Of a stretch of DNA of 64,000 bases, positions 25,787-38,579 are shown piece by piece. The notes beneath the pieces were generated by a model, which saw nothing but the letters and a program-made list of their open reading frames with translations, made no database searches and was not told the DNA's origin. The stretch's first letter is position 1. Each line of letters starts with the position of its first letter. The translations under genes and the position numbers were made by a program. The DNA is from Octopus sinensis (Eukaryota): NCBI RefSeq assembly GCF_006345805.1, contig NC_043009.1:65658001-65722000 (forward strand), given 5' to 3'.

Positions 25787-28700
25787 TACATCTTTATAGC
25801 TTAAAGAGAGAACGAAGTTAGAAGCAATAGGTCACCTCTCAAAATAACTATGCTTGTTATCTTTCCTTCCTAATCATTCTGTTTTCAAACCAGACGCGGG
25901 TGTCTTATCTACGTTTCAATAAAACATATTCTAGAGATCGATTGCAATTGATTTGAAGTACTTATGTAGCTAAAAGAAAAGGTAAATCGTGTGTTTAAAG
26001 GAAAAACTTATATTTGCTGAAGCGTGGTAAGCAATCAGCTGCCGGACGGATGGAGACTAGCTTCGGTTTCACTTTCAAGTTGAATCGTATTTATTTCAAT
26101 TTAATTTCAATGGGATATATCACAGTAGAGCTGTCGGATTTCAGCGAAGGTGTATCAATAAGAACGAAGTCATTTAGATTTCTTCTACAATTTTCTTGAA
26201 ACACATCAAATCAAAAATCCAATTTATTAGGGATTAGCTGTACACCATATCCGATGAAGATGATGCTCATTGCGTCCGCCAGAAGACGTTCTACAGGTTC
26301 CACTGGCGAATAGAATCGTGAATTATGTCTATGATACAAATAAACTGTTCTAGATTTTGGCCAGTCTAGTGAGTTTTCATCCGGTTGAAGTCTTTCCAGA
26401 AAACGGGAAATGTCTTTCATGAGTTACCTTGATGGTAGTTGAATATTGAAATGAGCGTGTAGCACTTAAAGCACGGCCGATATTGTCTCCCATTGAGAAA
26501 AGTTTAAACTATTGCTTTCCAGAGCAAATTTTATGTGGGTTCAGATTATCTCATTAGATCCTTCGCAATTCTAGCTTCCTGAATTATTATTGGTTTTTGT
26601 ACAGAGTGTAGAAATATCAGTTATTTAGGAATCGCTTTAGCTCGGTTGACAGGCATAAATTCTCCCAATTTAAATGAATAAACAATGGCGTTTATTCATT
26701 TAGAAAGATAAGTTCTAACAGCAAAAACAATTATAACAATTATCCCAACATGATGACACACGAAGATGAATGGAAAATTATACTGAATATACATTCAAAC
26801 ACACGGATAGATTTTTTATGAATTGAATATCGATAAAATTTATGATTAATTTTTGTTGCACAAATGGCAATGGGAACAAACTCACCATACGTTTTCAGGT
26901 TGTGATTCTTTTATAAAATGAAGAATTCTTCCTTTGTCAACTTAAAATTTATAATTATCAAAGTAGTAGCACAGGAACAAGACTGGCGATCCTCTGAAAG
27001 TTTCTCCATGCTTATAGTTTTCAGTGTATGAGAAAAGGGAACATTTGACTTAAGGCGTAGAATTTTATCATTTTTATTGTCAAAAATTTTTTAAAAATTG
27101 TGGTTTTTCACAATGGTTCTCAAGGAAGCATTTTCGTTTCTCTACTTCTGTTCGACAATTTGGTAAATATTTCGTGCCATGATAACACAAGAATCTTCAG
27201 AAAATACTACGAGTCTGTCACCTTAAGGTTGCAACAACAGCTTCATCAGTAACATTTGTTTCAAAAGTATAAAGCGAATTATCCTTCAAAACGGTAACTG
27301 CTGTGTTTCCAATATTTTTAAACAGAATTCATACATTTTACAAATTCCACAAATAGAAGCAAACTTTTACTTCTTATCTCTCTAATATTTGAACACTAAA
27401 TAGAAATGCTATGAGGTGCAAATCGCGAAGAATTCCCTGCTATTTTGAGGCATAAATAATTCTTTATGAGGTCGAAAGCGTTCTGGATTAGGGTGTAATA
27501 CTCCATTAGGCTAACTAAGAAGTTTCTTGCTGTTAGATTATGTTGGCATTTATTTTTGTTTAAGCCCAGATTAATAAGTTGGGAAGCTTTATAGGTCACT
27601 AAAAACTCTGAATTGCTTTAACATTATTATCATTGAAATAAGATACATTAACATTACTTTCATTCATAAATTCGTTGGCCACTCACTGACACACCGACAC
27701 ACCATTTGCAATGTTCATAGAAACACGTGTAATGTAATAGAGGCCCTCAACTTTTTATGATCTCTCAGTTATTACACAAAACTGATAACGAGCGCAACAT
27801 GGATCAATTTAAAATGTATTTGCATAGAAGGGAGCATTTATAGGTGGGCTGGATGAATTACTGACAAAAATTCATTACAAGCTTTTAATTAGCCGAATTG
27901 ACAGACCGACTAAAGCATGCCGTGGCTTTCTATGAAGCATTCTGTTAAAGCTTTTGAGATTTCTGACTCTTTAAAATTTTCACCTTTTGCAGTAATCAGT
28001 GAAGTTTAACAGCAATAGATTGAGTGAGATTTTGGTAAGATTTAGCCGGTTCCATTGGCAAATCTAGTTCGATAAGAACAACATTAAAAGGAAGTTCTTG
28101 GTATATGATAAATAGCTCTAAATTTTTAGGTAATTTCAAAACGACTACACCAAGAGCAGGTCTTTGGGCCGCTACAGAAATATATTCATATGTAAGAATA
28201 TACCATAAACTATCTCCAGTCTTTTTACACATTGGCAAAAGAACCCTCTTAGCTGGACATGTGGTGAATCTTCGAGTGAGCTCAGAAAAAGGTGGGTCAA
28301 GATTTAAGGTTTACTGCCATTCCCCAAAATTAATATGTAAATTTCCATCATCAGCATCAGACAATCTCACATAAATAAAACATATTTAATAGGATTCAGG
28401 ATTAGATTGAATTTGTTAGAAAGAGCAAACTCTTTGCATGTTGTTAGGCGCTGTTAAGACTTATTCTATAATAATTTGGTCTTTCTCCCTTCGTTATCGT
28501 TTTCCTACATTTGCAACCAGCAATCAACGACAGATATGTTTTCAGTGTCCCATTATCATAACCAAATGCTCCGCTATTAAGAGAAGTCTTAAAAAATCAC
28601 AACTCGAAGTAAATAAAGACCGAGAATATATACCATCGAGAAGCGATCCCCTAACACACAGCTTTGAATAATTATCAGACTAATTCAAATGACAATAGTG

Positions 28701-29045
28701 AGAGAATTGTTCTCAGTAGTCTTCTCTGTATCGTTCCAGTTTCATTAATATATATATATATATAGTTGAAATTTATAGAAAAACGAAAAACCATGTCAGG
28801 TGTATGAACAACAAGCGTATGTGTGTGTGTACGGTGTGTGTGCGTATATGTGTGTGTGTAGCGCTTCAGTTGTTCATTGCTAATCAGACCACTGCACATA
28901 TTTTTGAAAGCTTTGTAAACTTACAACCTGTTTAGGAGGACTCACTGTTGACCATTCATGTAAATTTACACCTACAACACTACCACTGAAAACCTGCTGA
29001 CTTGGTCCGAAACATCTTGGCGTCAATGACGTTCCAGAAACAAGG

Positions 29046-29575
29046 ACGCAAAGTCGACCTCCGCGGAATTTGAACTCAGAACATAAAGACGGACGTAACG
29101 CCGTTAAGCATTTTGACCGGTGTGCTAACGATTCTGCCAGCTCGGCGCCTTAATGTGGGTATGTATATGAGAAGGAATGTGCATGTGTTTATTTTGAATA
29201 TATACTACTTACGTGGCTATTTTTTACATATGCATGTATATATGTGTTTGGAGTGGATTGGATTGGATTGGAACAAAGGCCTCTACATGCTCTCTCCATC
29301 AACCAGTCTGACTTGGAGGCCGCAGATTTTGAGCTTGAAATCATAACGGTTGGATGAGCCCACTCTGCCACACTGACTCGATATGGATCGGCAGAAGAAT
29401 GCAGTTTTTATACTCGGTTACATCGACCCCAGTGCTCAACTGCTACTTATTTTATCGACCCCGAAAGGATGAAAGATAAAGTCAGCCTCGGCAGAATTTG
29501 AACTCAGAACTTACAGGCAGACGAAATGCAGCTAAGGATTTTGCTCGGAGTGCTATCGACTCTGCTATCTCGCCA
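29046..29575 (-). mobile_element. Two SINE family A copies (about 29046-29150, 29415-29575)
   Basis: Family A B-box, head and centre motifs. Confidence 0.8.
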
Positions 29576-30139
29576 TCATATATGCGATTCCGTACATAAA
29601 GTTTGTAAGAGATTTTTATCATTAAAAAATACATCAAAGGATGAAATATGCAAGAGGAAGAATAAACAAATAAAAAAAAGCATAAAATTAGTTTTCAATG
29701 AAGTGAATAAATTATTTACAAAGTTTCAATCGAGACTAACTTTCTCAATTACTCTCGAGTCATTAAATTCTAAATTAAAAAGAAAGTGTTTAGCAACTGC
29801 CAATGGTAAACCGTGGCACTCAAGAGAAATAACCTATGGTATATACAATTAATAATCGAAGAGCAACACTGAATAAATTAACAGCAACATATTTTTAATT
29901 ATTCTGTTGAATCCTAGAATCTCCAATTGCATGGTGTATTGCGTGTTACATACAGTTTTCGGAAATTTGTATTTACATCTGGAAAACAGTATACCCGTCT
30001 AGATTTCACGCCCCTGATGCAAAATTATGTAATATCTGAATATCTATTTTCTATTTCCTTTCTAGCGTTCTATCTATCACTCTCTCTAACTTTCTATGTG
30101 TGGTTGTGCATACAGATATAGACGCACACACAACATACA

Positions 30140-30208
<69 letters not shown>

Positions 30209-30315
30209 TTAACTTTTTAAAATATTTTTAATAAGGTACGTTTTTTCAAGAAGAACCGAAACATGTAAAATATCTATGAAAATTAAAATTTATCTTATAT
30301 AGTGGTGTTTTCAAA

Positions 30316-30380
<65 letters not shown>

Positions 30381-30682
30381 CAAATTTACAGAAAACAGAA
30401 GGCAAAATCAGGTGAGAGAACAAGAGAAGAGCAAGGGAAGGAGGTAAGTTGCGTGCCAAGAGTGGGAAGAAACTACAGACTTGGGGTCCCGCACATTATG
30501 GGCGCGTTTGAAGGAGAGAAGGGTGGGTTGCGGGAGATGTAGGAGTTGGAGGGGTCAGATTGGACTCAACGGAAAGCTCGGAGAATGTTGGAGGGGTGGA
30601 ATGGAAGGTGGTAGGTGCGAAGAAAAGGGAGACGGGTTTGGAATGAGCGCAGAGTCAGGTCAACGGATCATGTGTGTGTTAA

Positions 30683-30850
30683 GCTGATTAAATCAACCCC
30701 AGTACTTAACTGGTACTTGTTTTGTCGACGTCGAAAGGGTGAAAGGCAACATCGACCACGGCGGATTTTGAACTCAGAACGCAAAGGCCGACAAAATGCT
30801 GCCAAGCATTTTTTCAGGCATGCTAACGATTCTGCCAGCTCTCCGCAATG
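30683..30850 (-). mobile_element. SINE family A
   Basis: Centre, B-box and head motifs. Confidence 0.8.
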
Positions 30851-32519
30851 GTCTAATAATAGCATACGCCATGACACTCAAAGCTCCCAATGAGTCAAAA
30901 ACCAAATTACTAAAAAGTATTCTATATTGCTTAATAACAGAATCGTTAGAGAGTCGGACGAATGTTGAACGCAAGCGAGGTTTGACCGTTCAAGTTCTGA
31001 GTCCGAATATCCCCATCAACTTTTCCTTTCATGTTTCTCGCGTCAATAAAATAAAGTGGAGGGTGGGCCAAAATGAGGTGTTTTTAGTAAATTTTTGCAT
31101 GGGACGAAATATATTTTTTTGCAAACGTTCTTTATCTTATAACAAAAATTGTATCACCTAAGCAAATGGTCTTCCCGAAATGCATTAAGAGCATTATTAG
31201 AACTTCATCACTATTTCAAGAAATTATCACTGTTTTCTTTGATCATATGAAAGACAAATTTGATCGGGAAAAATGTATAAAACAAGATAATGGTAATTTT
31301 CCCGCTTCAATTCTGCAGAAAACAAACTCATATACATTAATATCCATCCTTAGAAATCAGAAAGATGAGAAATGCAAATCGAAATTTTAAATATCTAAGT
31401 CAAATCAAAGAGGATCAGGGAAAAATGGCACATGTTATGAAATTAACGAAACTCGACTAGATAAAGAAAAATCTCAACGTAGGATATTCTTTATAGCTTC
31501 TTTACAATCTGCTGGAGTGTCCTCTTCACGATATCATTACACACCGTGCAGTTAAAGGGAAGAATTTTTTCAAATTAGTCATTGCACATTTTATTTCATT
31601 CTAGACATTTTTATTGAAACTTTAAATTTATCAAATTAGGTGGGGAAAAACAATTGCCTTGGAATCCAACGGGGAAAATATTGATAATTAAACAATAAAA
31701 ATTATCTAGATATTATATTTGCAGCCTCGATTACAATAGAGTCAGAATTAAGGAAAAATTTCTTGAAAAAAATAGGGCCTGCCATCTGACTATGTTTCGG
31801 ACTCCTTCAACTTCAAAAATTGTGCTGACCAATTATTTAATCGTAAATATAATGCAGCAATACAAAATGATACAATACTTGCAATGTAATGATTACACAC
31901 ATGGAGGGGAAAATGAGAAATCAGAAGTTACTCACTTTGCCCCGGTTACTAATTTTGCCATCCCCTCCTTTCCCCCATTAATAAACGCCTGGGGTAGATT
32001 TAATCTACGAAACCTTCACCAAAAATATGCAGTTTTGCGCCGGATTTAGAAATGGATGATTGATCCCAATTATATTTCCGTATCAAGATGTCGTTCCTCA
32101 GAGTATTTCATAAAATGTTTTCGAATTGAAGGAAAATGAGACGAACAATTAAGTTTTCATTTGGGAAATGTTTATTATAATGAAAACGGATTCCAAAGAG
32201 AAAAGGTTATAGTTGAAAGTGGGTCTGTTTTATACTGTGGAAAAAAATTAGAAAAACATTTAGAATTTGAAGTCAAATATCAACTTACAACAAACTTAAG
32301 TTCAATGAAAACGAATTTTATTTCTGAAATATCAGCGAAACTCAGCCGCTTTATAATCATAAAAAGCAAAAAGTCTTTAGGAGGTCAATAGAAATTCAGA
32401 AAAGAAAATGTTCAATGAAACAGTCTGGATTGTGTTCAATTTTCTTTGAAAACGAAGGAAATTGCGCAGTCTACACATGTGGATAAGATATACAGGATCA
32501 AGTTTAACTTGAATAATAT

Positions 32520-32632
32520 AGGATGTTGTGTTTATTCTTTTCTACTCTAGGCACAATGCCCGAAATCTTGTGGGGAGGGAGGCAGTCGACTAGATCGACC
32601 CCAGTACGCAACTGGTACGTAATTTGTCGACC
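32520..32632 (-). mobile_element. SINE family A 3' part, truncated
   Basis: ttctactctaggcacaa..gtcgactagatcgaccccagtacgcaactggtac. Confidence 0.75.
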
Positions 32633-32639
32633 TGGTACA

Positions 32640-33256
32640 TAATTTGTATGCATGTGTTCTTGTGCTAGTCTATGTATGTGTTCTTTTCTAAATGAATGCA
32701 TATGTTCTTGTGAGAGTATTGTGTTCTTGTCTGAGTGAATGCATGTGGTCTTGTGAGAGAGTATTGTGCGTTCTTGTGTGAGTGAATGCAAGTGTTCTTG
32801 TGTGAGTGTACGCATGTGTTCTTGTGAGAGAGTATGTATGGGTTTTTGTGTGAGTGTATGCATGTCTCTTTGTGTTAGTGTAAGTATGTGTTCGTGTGTG
32901 AGTGTATGCATGTGTGAGTGTATGAGTGTATGCATGTGTTCTTGTGTGAGTGTGTGTATGTGTTCATGTGTTCTTGTGTGAGCGTATGCATGTGTTATTG
33001 TGTGAGTATATGTATGTGTACTTGTGCGAGTGTATGTATGTGTTCTTGTCTGAGGGAATGCATGTGCTCTTGTGAGAGAGTATTATGTGTTCTTGTGTGA
33101 GTATATGCATGTATTCGCGTGCGAGTGTATGTATGTGTTCTTCTCTAAGTGAATGTATGTGTTCTTGTGTGAAGGTATGCATGTGTTTTTGTGTGAGTGT
33201 ATGTATGTGTTCTTGTGTGAGTGTATGTATGTGTTCTTGTGTGAGCGTATGCATGC
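32640..33256. repeat. Degenerate minisatellite of about 24 bp (tgtgtgagtgtatgcatgtgttct)n, about 25 copies
   Basis: Periodic gttcttgtgtgag motif. Confidence 0.9.
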
Positions 33257-33642
33257 AAGCCAAATCCAAAAACGAAATATATACACACACACAGGATCGA
33301 GCAGCTGATAAATGAAAGAGTTACATATATTAATATTTAATAACAGTATAATTCGGCTCCATGCAACATAGGTTCGAAGGCTTGTATGTGTATCGATACA
33401 TGTAACTCTTTCTCATTTAGATTTAATTTTGACGGCCACCTGTTTGGTAGTGAGGTTTGGAAAGAAAGCATCCTGTTTTGTTCGTCAGCCTTTTAATCTT
33501 AAGGTCTATTATGCTTGTATATCATATATAGCATATCATATCACACCATATTTTCAATACTTCTCTTTCACGGATTAACATGGTAGTATGAAGAGATATA
33601 GTTTTCATGAAACAAGAAATTATTCAATATAAATTTCATGAC

Positions 33643-33832
33643 AATAGAGTTCCATATTTAAGAGTTGAGGAATTATGTATATTATTTACATTATTTACAA
33701 TTGATGGATATTTGTCCTCATCTTGTTTGTTGTTAATACAACGTTTCGGCTGAAATACCCTCCAGCCTTCATCAGGTGCCTTAGGGAAATTTCGAAACTG
33801 GGTTCCCATTCCTAAGGTATTTTTCACTGTTA

Positions 33833-33885
<53 letters not shown>

Positions 33886-34048
33886 AAAATACTAATAACA
33901 ACAATAACAGTGAAAAATACCTTAGGAATGAGAACCCAGTTTCGAAATTTCCCCCAAGACACCTGATGAAGGCTGGAGGGTATATCAGTCAAAACGTTGT
34001 GTTAACAACGAAGAAGATGAGGATAAATATCCGTCAGATGTAAATAAT
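33643..34048. mobile_element. Penelope-derived inverted-repeat (fold-back) element
   Basis: Arms of about 150 bp (about 33690-33840, 33890-34048) around an (ATT)n spacer; the arms contain ctgatgaagg..ccgaaacgt, typical of PLE termini. Confidence 0.7.
33735..33780 (-). ncRNA. Minimal type I hammerhead-ribozyme-like motif
   Basis: GGCAC-CUGAUGA-A-GGCUG-loop-CAGCC-GAAA-C-GUU-GUAUU. Confidence 0.45.
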
Positions 34049-34384
34049 AAATTTTACGGCATAACTATTTCTCGAATATCGATTAAATTCAAGAACTCAC
34101 GCGTGTGGAATATTCCATTTTTGACACTCTTTTCTTCGGCAAATTCATGAGCGCGTTCTTGAATTGAGGAAACGTCATGTTCATGAACCCATGGTACCAC
34201 GTCTCTCAGAAATGTCACCAACACTACTGCCACCAGTATAAAAATAAATATAAAAACATATAAAATAGGTATTCAGAAAAAATGGGAATCCATTTCTAAT
34301 GGCTGTGATATTCATCAGAAAGTTTGAGATGCAATATCATCCCTACATGTTATTCTGGTTCTTGGATTGTGGCAAGTTTCGTAG

Positions 34385-34530
34385 TTTAGCGAGTTTAGAA
34401 GAAGAAGAAGAAGAAGAAGAAGAGAAGAAGAAGAGGAGGAGGAGGAGGAGGAGGGGAGAAGAAGAAGAAGAAGAAGAAGAACAACAACAACAACAACAAC
34501 AATAACAACAACAGCTACAACAACAAAAAT
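34385..34530. repeat. (GAA)n(GAG)n(CAA)n repeats
   Basis: Directly visible. Confidence 0.95.
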
Positions 34531-34944
34531 GCGGGAATGCCATGATAGTAGTATGTTAAATGGTCAAGTGCCCTGAAAGTGACTTGTTGTGGATGGTAGT
34601 AGTGATTGCATTCTTGAGACATCTATTTTGAATGTATTGTTTATAAAATTTGCGTAGGTGTTATTCTAATCAGCAATAGTGGTAAAGTTAGGAAGGAGAT
34701 GGCGGAGAGGAAGAAAACGAAGAAGAAGAAGAAGGAGAAAGAGTAGGGAGAATAAGAAGGAATGTAGGTAATATGATAGTAGTAGGGTGTTAAATAGTTA
34801 GGTTACCTAAAAGTGACTCGTTATGGATTATAGCAGTGATTGGGACTGTTTTTTAATGGATTCTTGGGAATCTCTTGAGTGTATCATTTTTAATATTTGT
34901 GTGTGTGTTTGTGTTATTCTAAGGCCAAGGTGGATATGTCGTTT

Positions 34945-36511
34945 GTTGTAGACGCATTCAAAAAGGGTCTGTATTTTGTAATAAAGAAAATCTCTTTACT
35001 AATTCATTGGCTACAGGTTGTATCGTCCCTGAATTGGTAGAGGGAGAAAAATTCTGCAGCTTAGATTTTTTATTAGCGCAAATGTCTATGTGTTGGCTGA
35101 ATGCTATTTTTCTGTTTTGGAGAATTCTGATCTGGGATCTGTGCAGAGCCATTCTTTTATGTAGACCGTTTTTGTTAGGCCTATGCATTGCTCTTGACAT
35201 CCAGAGCAGGTTAGTGCGTATATCGGGTTCTCCGAAGCATATGTGAAGTTGCTTTTTACTGTGAAAACGTCCCTGTTTGAAGGAGAACTCTGATCCCCCA
35301 ATTAGACAATCGCATATCCTACAATTGGGTCTTCCACATTTTTTTACTGACGGCTTCTACGTTGTTGTTGAGCGTATCCGGGCTTGTGTTAGGAAACTTT
35401 TCATAGATTTGGGTTGTCTCTTGCTTTTTATGATGGTGTGTGTTTGGCGGATTAAGTTCATTCTGTGGTCCTTTTTTAGCAGGGGAATGTTTTGAAGGAT
35501 GGTGTCGAAGACTTCATTGTTAAGAAGGTTGTGTATGGAGATGTATGGTAGGGCTTTTCGTTGTAAATCCTTCTTTAATTTGGGATGTCTGAGTTCCTCG
35601 ATGTTGCATATGTCAATTAGTGAAGGTGGGTAGTTCCTGGTGATGAGTGTATCTTTTAGTTCATGTAGTCGCGTGTCTCTGGTGTTTGCATTAGAAACTA
35701 TAGTACATATCCTTTTTGCTAGGTTAAAGGGGATATTCATTCAGGTGTGTCTGGGGTGGCATGAATTGAATGGAAGATATTGCTTGGAATCCGTAGGCTT
35801 ATAGTATATATCTGTTTCTATTGTGTTATTAGATTTCTAAATGAGAATGTCGAGGAAGGGAAGTTGTTGATGGCTATATTCCATCGTGACATGAATGTTT
35901 ACGTGAAGTCTATTTATAATTCTTTAAGTTACTCTTTTATGCCAAAGAATGAAACAGTCATCCAGGTATCTCTTCTAGTTATTTTCCATGTAGAGGGAGA
36001 ATGGGATGCCGTATTTTTCTAGAGCCTTACGATAAAGACTAATTTCTAGATATCCCATGACTAGGTTAGCAAAGGAAGGGGCCATTTGCATATCCATCGC
36101 AGTCCCCGATTTTTGTCGATAGAAGTATCTGAAGACGAAGTAGTTATTTTCCAGGATGAATTAAACCCCTTCTAACACGAATTCTTTTTTGATGCGATGT
36201 GGGAGTTCGTTGGCGTAATTCTCTAGCCAGAATTGAATTGAACCCATTCCTAGGTTGTGGGGGATATTGAAATTGAGGTTGACTACATCGAATGATACTA
36301 GTAGGGTGTTTTTGTTTATTGTTTCAGGAAGGTGGTTGAACATATGCAGGTCGCCTCTTATATAGCTTTTGATATGTTTGAAGAATGATTTTAAGAGGGT
36401 ATCTAAAAAGTTACTGAGGCGGTGGGTTTCGCATGCGGGGCCCGCTGTTATAGGTCTCAATTTGAGGTCATTAGGAGCAGGGACTTTGATTATTATGTCT
36501 GTGACTTCCAT
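34945..36511 (-). mobile_element. Penelope-like element: decayed RT plus GIY-YIG endonuclease
   Basis: LRPITAGPACETHRLSNFLD..LLVSFDVVNL..NIPH; GTAMDMQMAPSFANLVMGYLE; NIPFNLAKRICTIVS; NPIYALTCSGCQEQCIGLT; RMALHRSQI. Confidence 0.9.
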
Positions 36512-36601
36512 GCGTTGTTTATTTTCTCACATTTGTGTATCATGGGAATACCGTAGAATACCGTAGAAGATATATATATATATATATGTATATACATATA
36601 C

Positions 36602-36635
<34 letters not shown>

Positions 36636-36658
36636 TTGTGTATATGTGTGTGTGTGTG

Positions 36659-37163
36659 AGGCGCAATGACACAGTGGTTAGGGCAGCAGACTCGTGGTCA
36701 TAGGATCGCGGTTTCGATTCCCAGACCGGGCATTGTGAATGTTTATTGAGCAAAAACGCCTAAAGCTCCACGAGGCTCTTGCAGGGTGTGGTGGTGAACC
36801 CTGCTGTACTCTTTCTTCACAACTTTCTCTCACTCTTTCTTCCTGTTTCTGCTGTACCTGTATTTCAAAAGGCCAGCATTGTCACACTCTGAGTCTTGCT
36901 GAATCTCCCCGAGAACTACGTTAAGGATACATGTATTTGTGAAATACTCGGCCACTTGCACGTTAATAAATGAGCTGCGACGTCACTGGTGCCAAGATGT
37001 ATCGGCCCTTGCCTTTCCCTTGGATAACATCGGTGGCGTGGAGAGGGGAGGCTGGTATTCATGGGCGACTGCTGGTCTTCCATAAACCACCTTGCCCAGA
37101 CATGTGCCTCGGAGGGTAACTTTCTAGGTGCAATCCCATGGTCATTCATGACCGAAGGGGGTC
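36659..37163 (+). mobile_element. Mosaic tRNA-derived SINE
   Basis: Distinct tRNA-like head; middle shared with the 45504-45821 SINE; 3' tail shared with the 19025-19358 SINE. Confidence 0.85.
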
Positions 37164-37179
37164 ACAATATATATATATG

Positions 37180-37530
37180 AGAGGTAATAGTATCAATAAG
37201 ACCCAGAGGTGTCAGGTAATGCTGAGTAAGTGCTATAGACAGACCATAGTTAAGCTCCAGGTTCGGTGATTATGCGAATGAGGTGTCCAACGTAGGTTAT
37301 ATATCAGCATGTATATATATATAAAATAATTAACAGAATGCGATAAAAATCCAAGGCTATGAAAGATTTCAGAACATTTATAAATGGAAGGTCTTACAGC
37401 TGTTTCCGGGATATTTTATATAGCCCTTCATCGGTGACGGTGTGAGAAAATGGTTAAGAAATTGTTATTCTAGATAAGATATGAAATAGAGAGTGAAGTG
37501 GGGGAATGAAAATAGACGTGAGATGCAGGG
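37180..37530 (-). mobile_element. Probable Penelope terminal repeat (pLTR) with a degenerate hammerhead-like motif at 37391-37438
   Basis: Minus strand: gtca-CCGATGA-A-ggg..ccc-g-GAAA-cagctg-TA-agac; lies upstream of the PLE ORF on the same strand. Confidence 0.5.
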
Positions 37531-37609
37531 ATATTGCATCTGTTGTTCCATTATTTAGGCAGAATGGTATATGTATATATATATATATATATAATATGTA
37601 TATATATAT

Positions 37610-38181
37610 ATACAACGGTCGTCTTTCAGTCTCCATCCACTTACAAGGCTCTGGTCAGTGCCCCTGCTTATAGTCAAATGCATTTGCCCGAGATGCTACG
37701 CACGTATTGAAATTAATCCAGAACCATGCTGTTGGGAAATTTTTACCACGCACCCATTCATATATATATATACTCTTTTACTCTTTTACTTGTTTCAGCC
37801 ATGTGACTGTGGCCATGCTGGAGCACCGCCTTTAGTCGAGCAAATCGACCCCAGGACTTATTCTTTGTAAGCCTAATACTTATTCTATCGGTCTGTTTTG
37901 CCGAACCGCTAAGTTACGGTGACGTAAACACACCAGCGTCGGCTGACAAGCAATGTTGTGGGGACAAACACAGACATACAACCACACACACACACACATA
38001 TATATATATATACATATATACGACGGGTTTCTTTCAGCTTCCGTCTACCAAATCCACTCACAAGGCTTTGGTCGGCCCGAGGCTATAGTAGAAGACACAT
38101 GCCCAAGGTGCCACGCAGTGGGACTGAACCCGGAACCATGTGGTTGGTAAGCAAGCTACTTACCACACAGCCACTCCAACG

Positions 38182-38184
<3 letters not shown>
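37610..38184 (-). mobile_element. SINE family C: diverged 5' half (about 37610-37755) plus full copy (37771-38184)
   Basis: Family C head, CORE-like and tail motifs. Confidence 0.88.
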
Positions 38185-38275
<91 letters not shown>

Positions 38276-38579
38276 GGTTATATTATGTTGTGTTATATAT
38301 GTATATGTAATAGACTTTTCGAAAACTTCTGTAACTCTTTGGATTAGCTTGCAAGTCGTTGAGTCTCCCTTAATTCCTGTGTTCTTTGGCAATCCTCAAG
38401 CAGGGTCAGCGTGGCAGTTTCTGTCTCCCCAAGTTCAAATACTTTGCGGAGATGGAACTCTGGATCATATTATGTAGAAGTGAGCTGCTCAGACCTTCGC
38501 TCATACCGAATCTATACTTGTATGAGCATCAGAGATTGTGTACGTATGCATGTGTGTGAGTGCATGTACTTGTGCGTTA

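Noticed and set aside
28990-29020. ctgctgacttggtccgaaacatc as a hammerhead
   Set aside because: The core is mutated, with no stem II or stem I pairing
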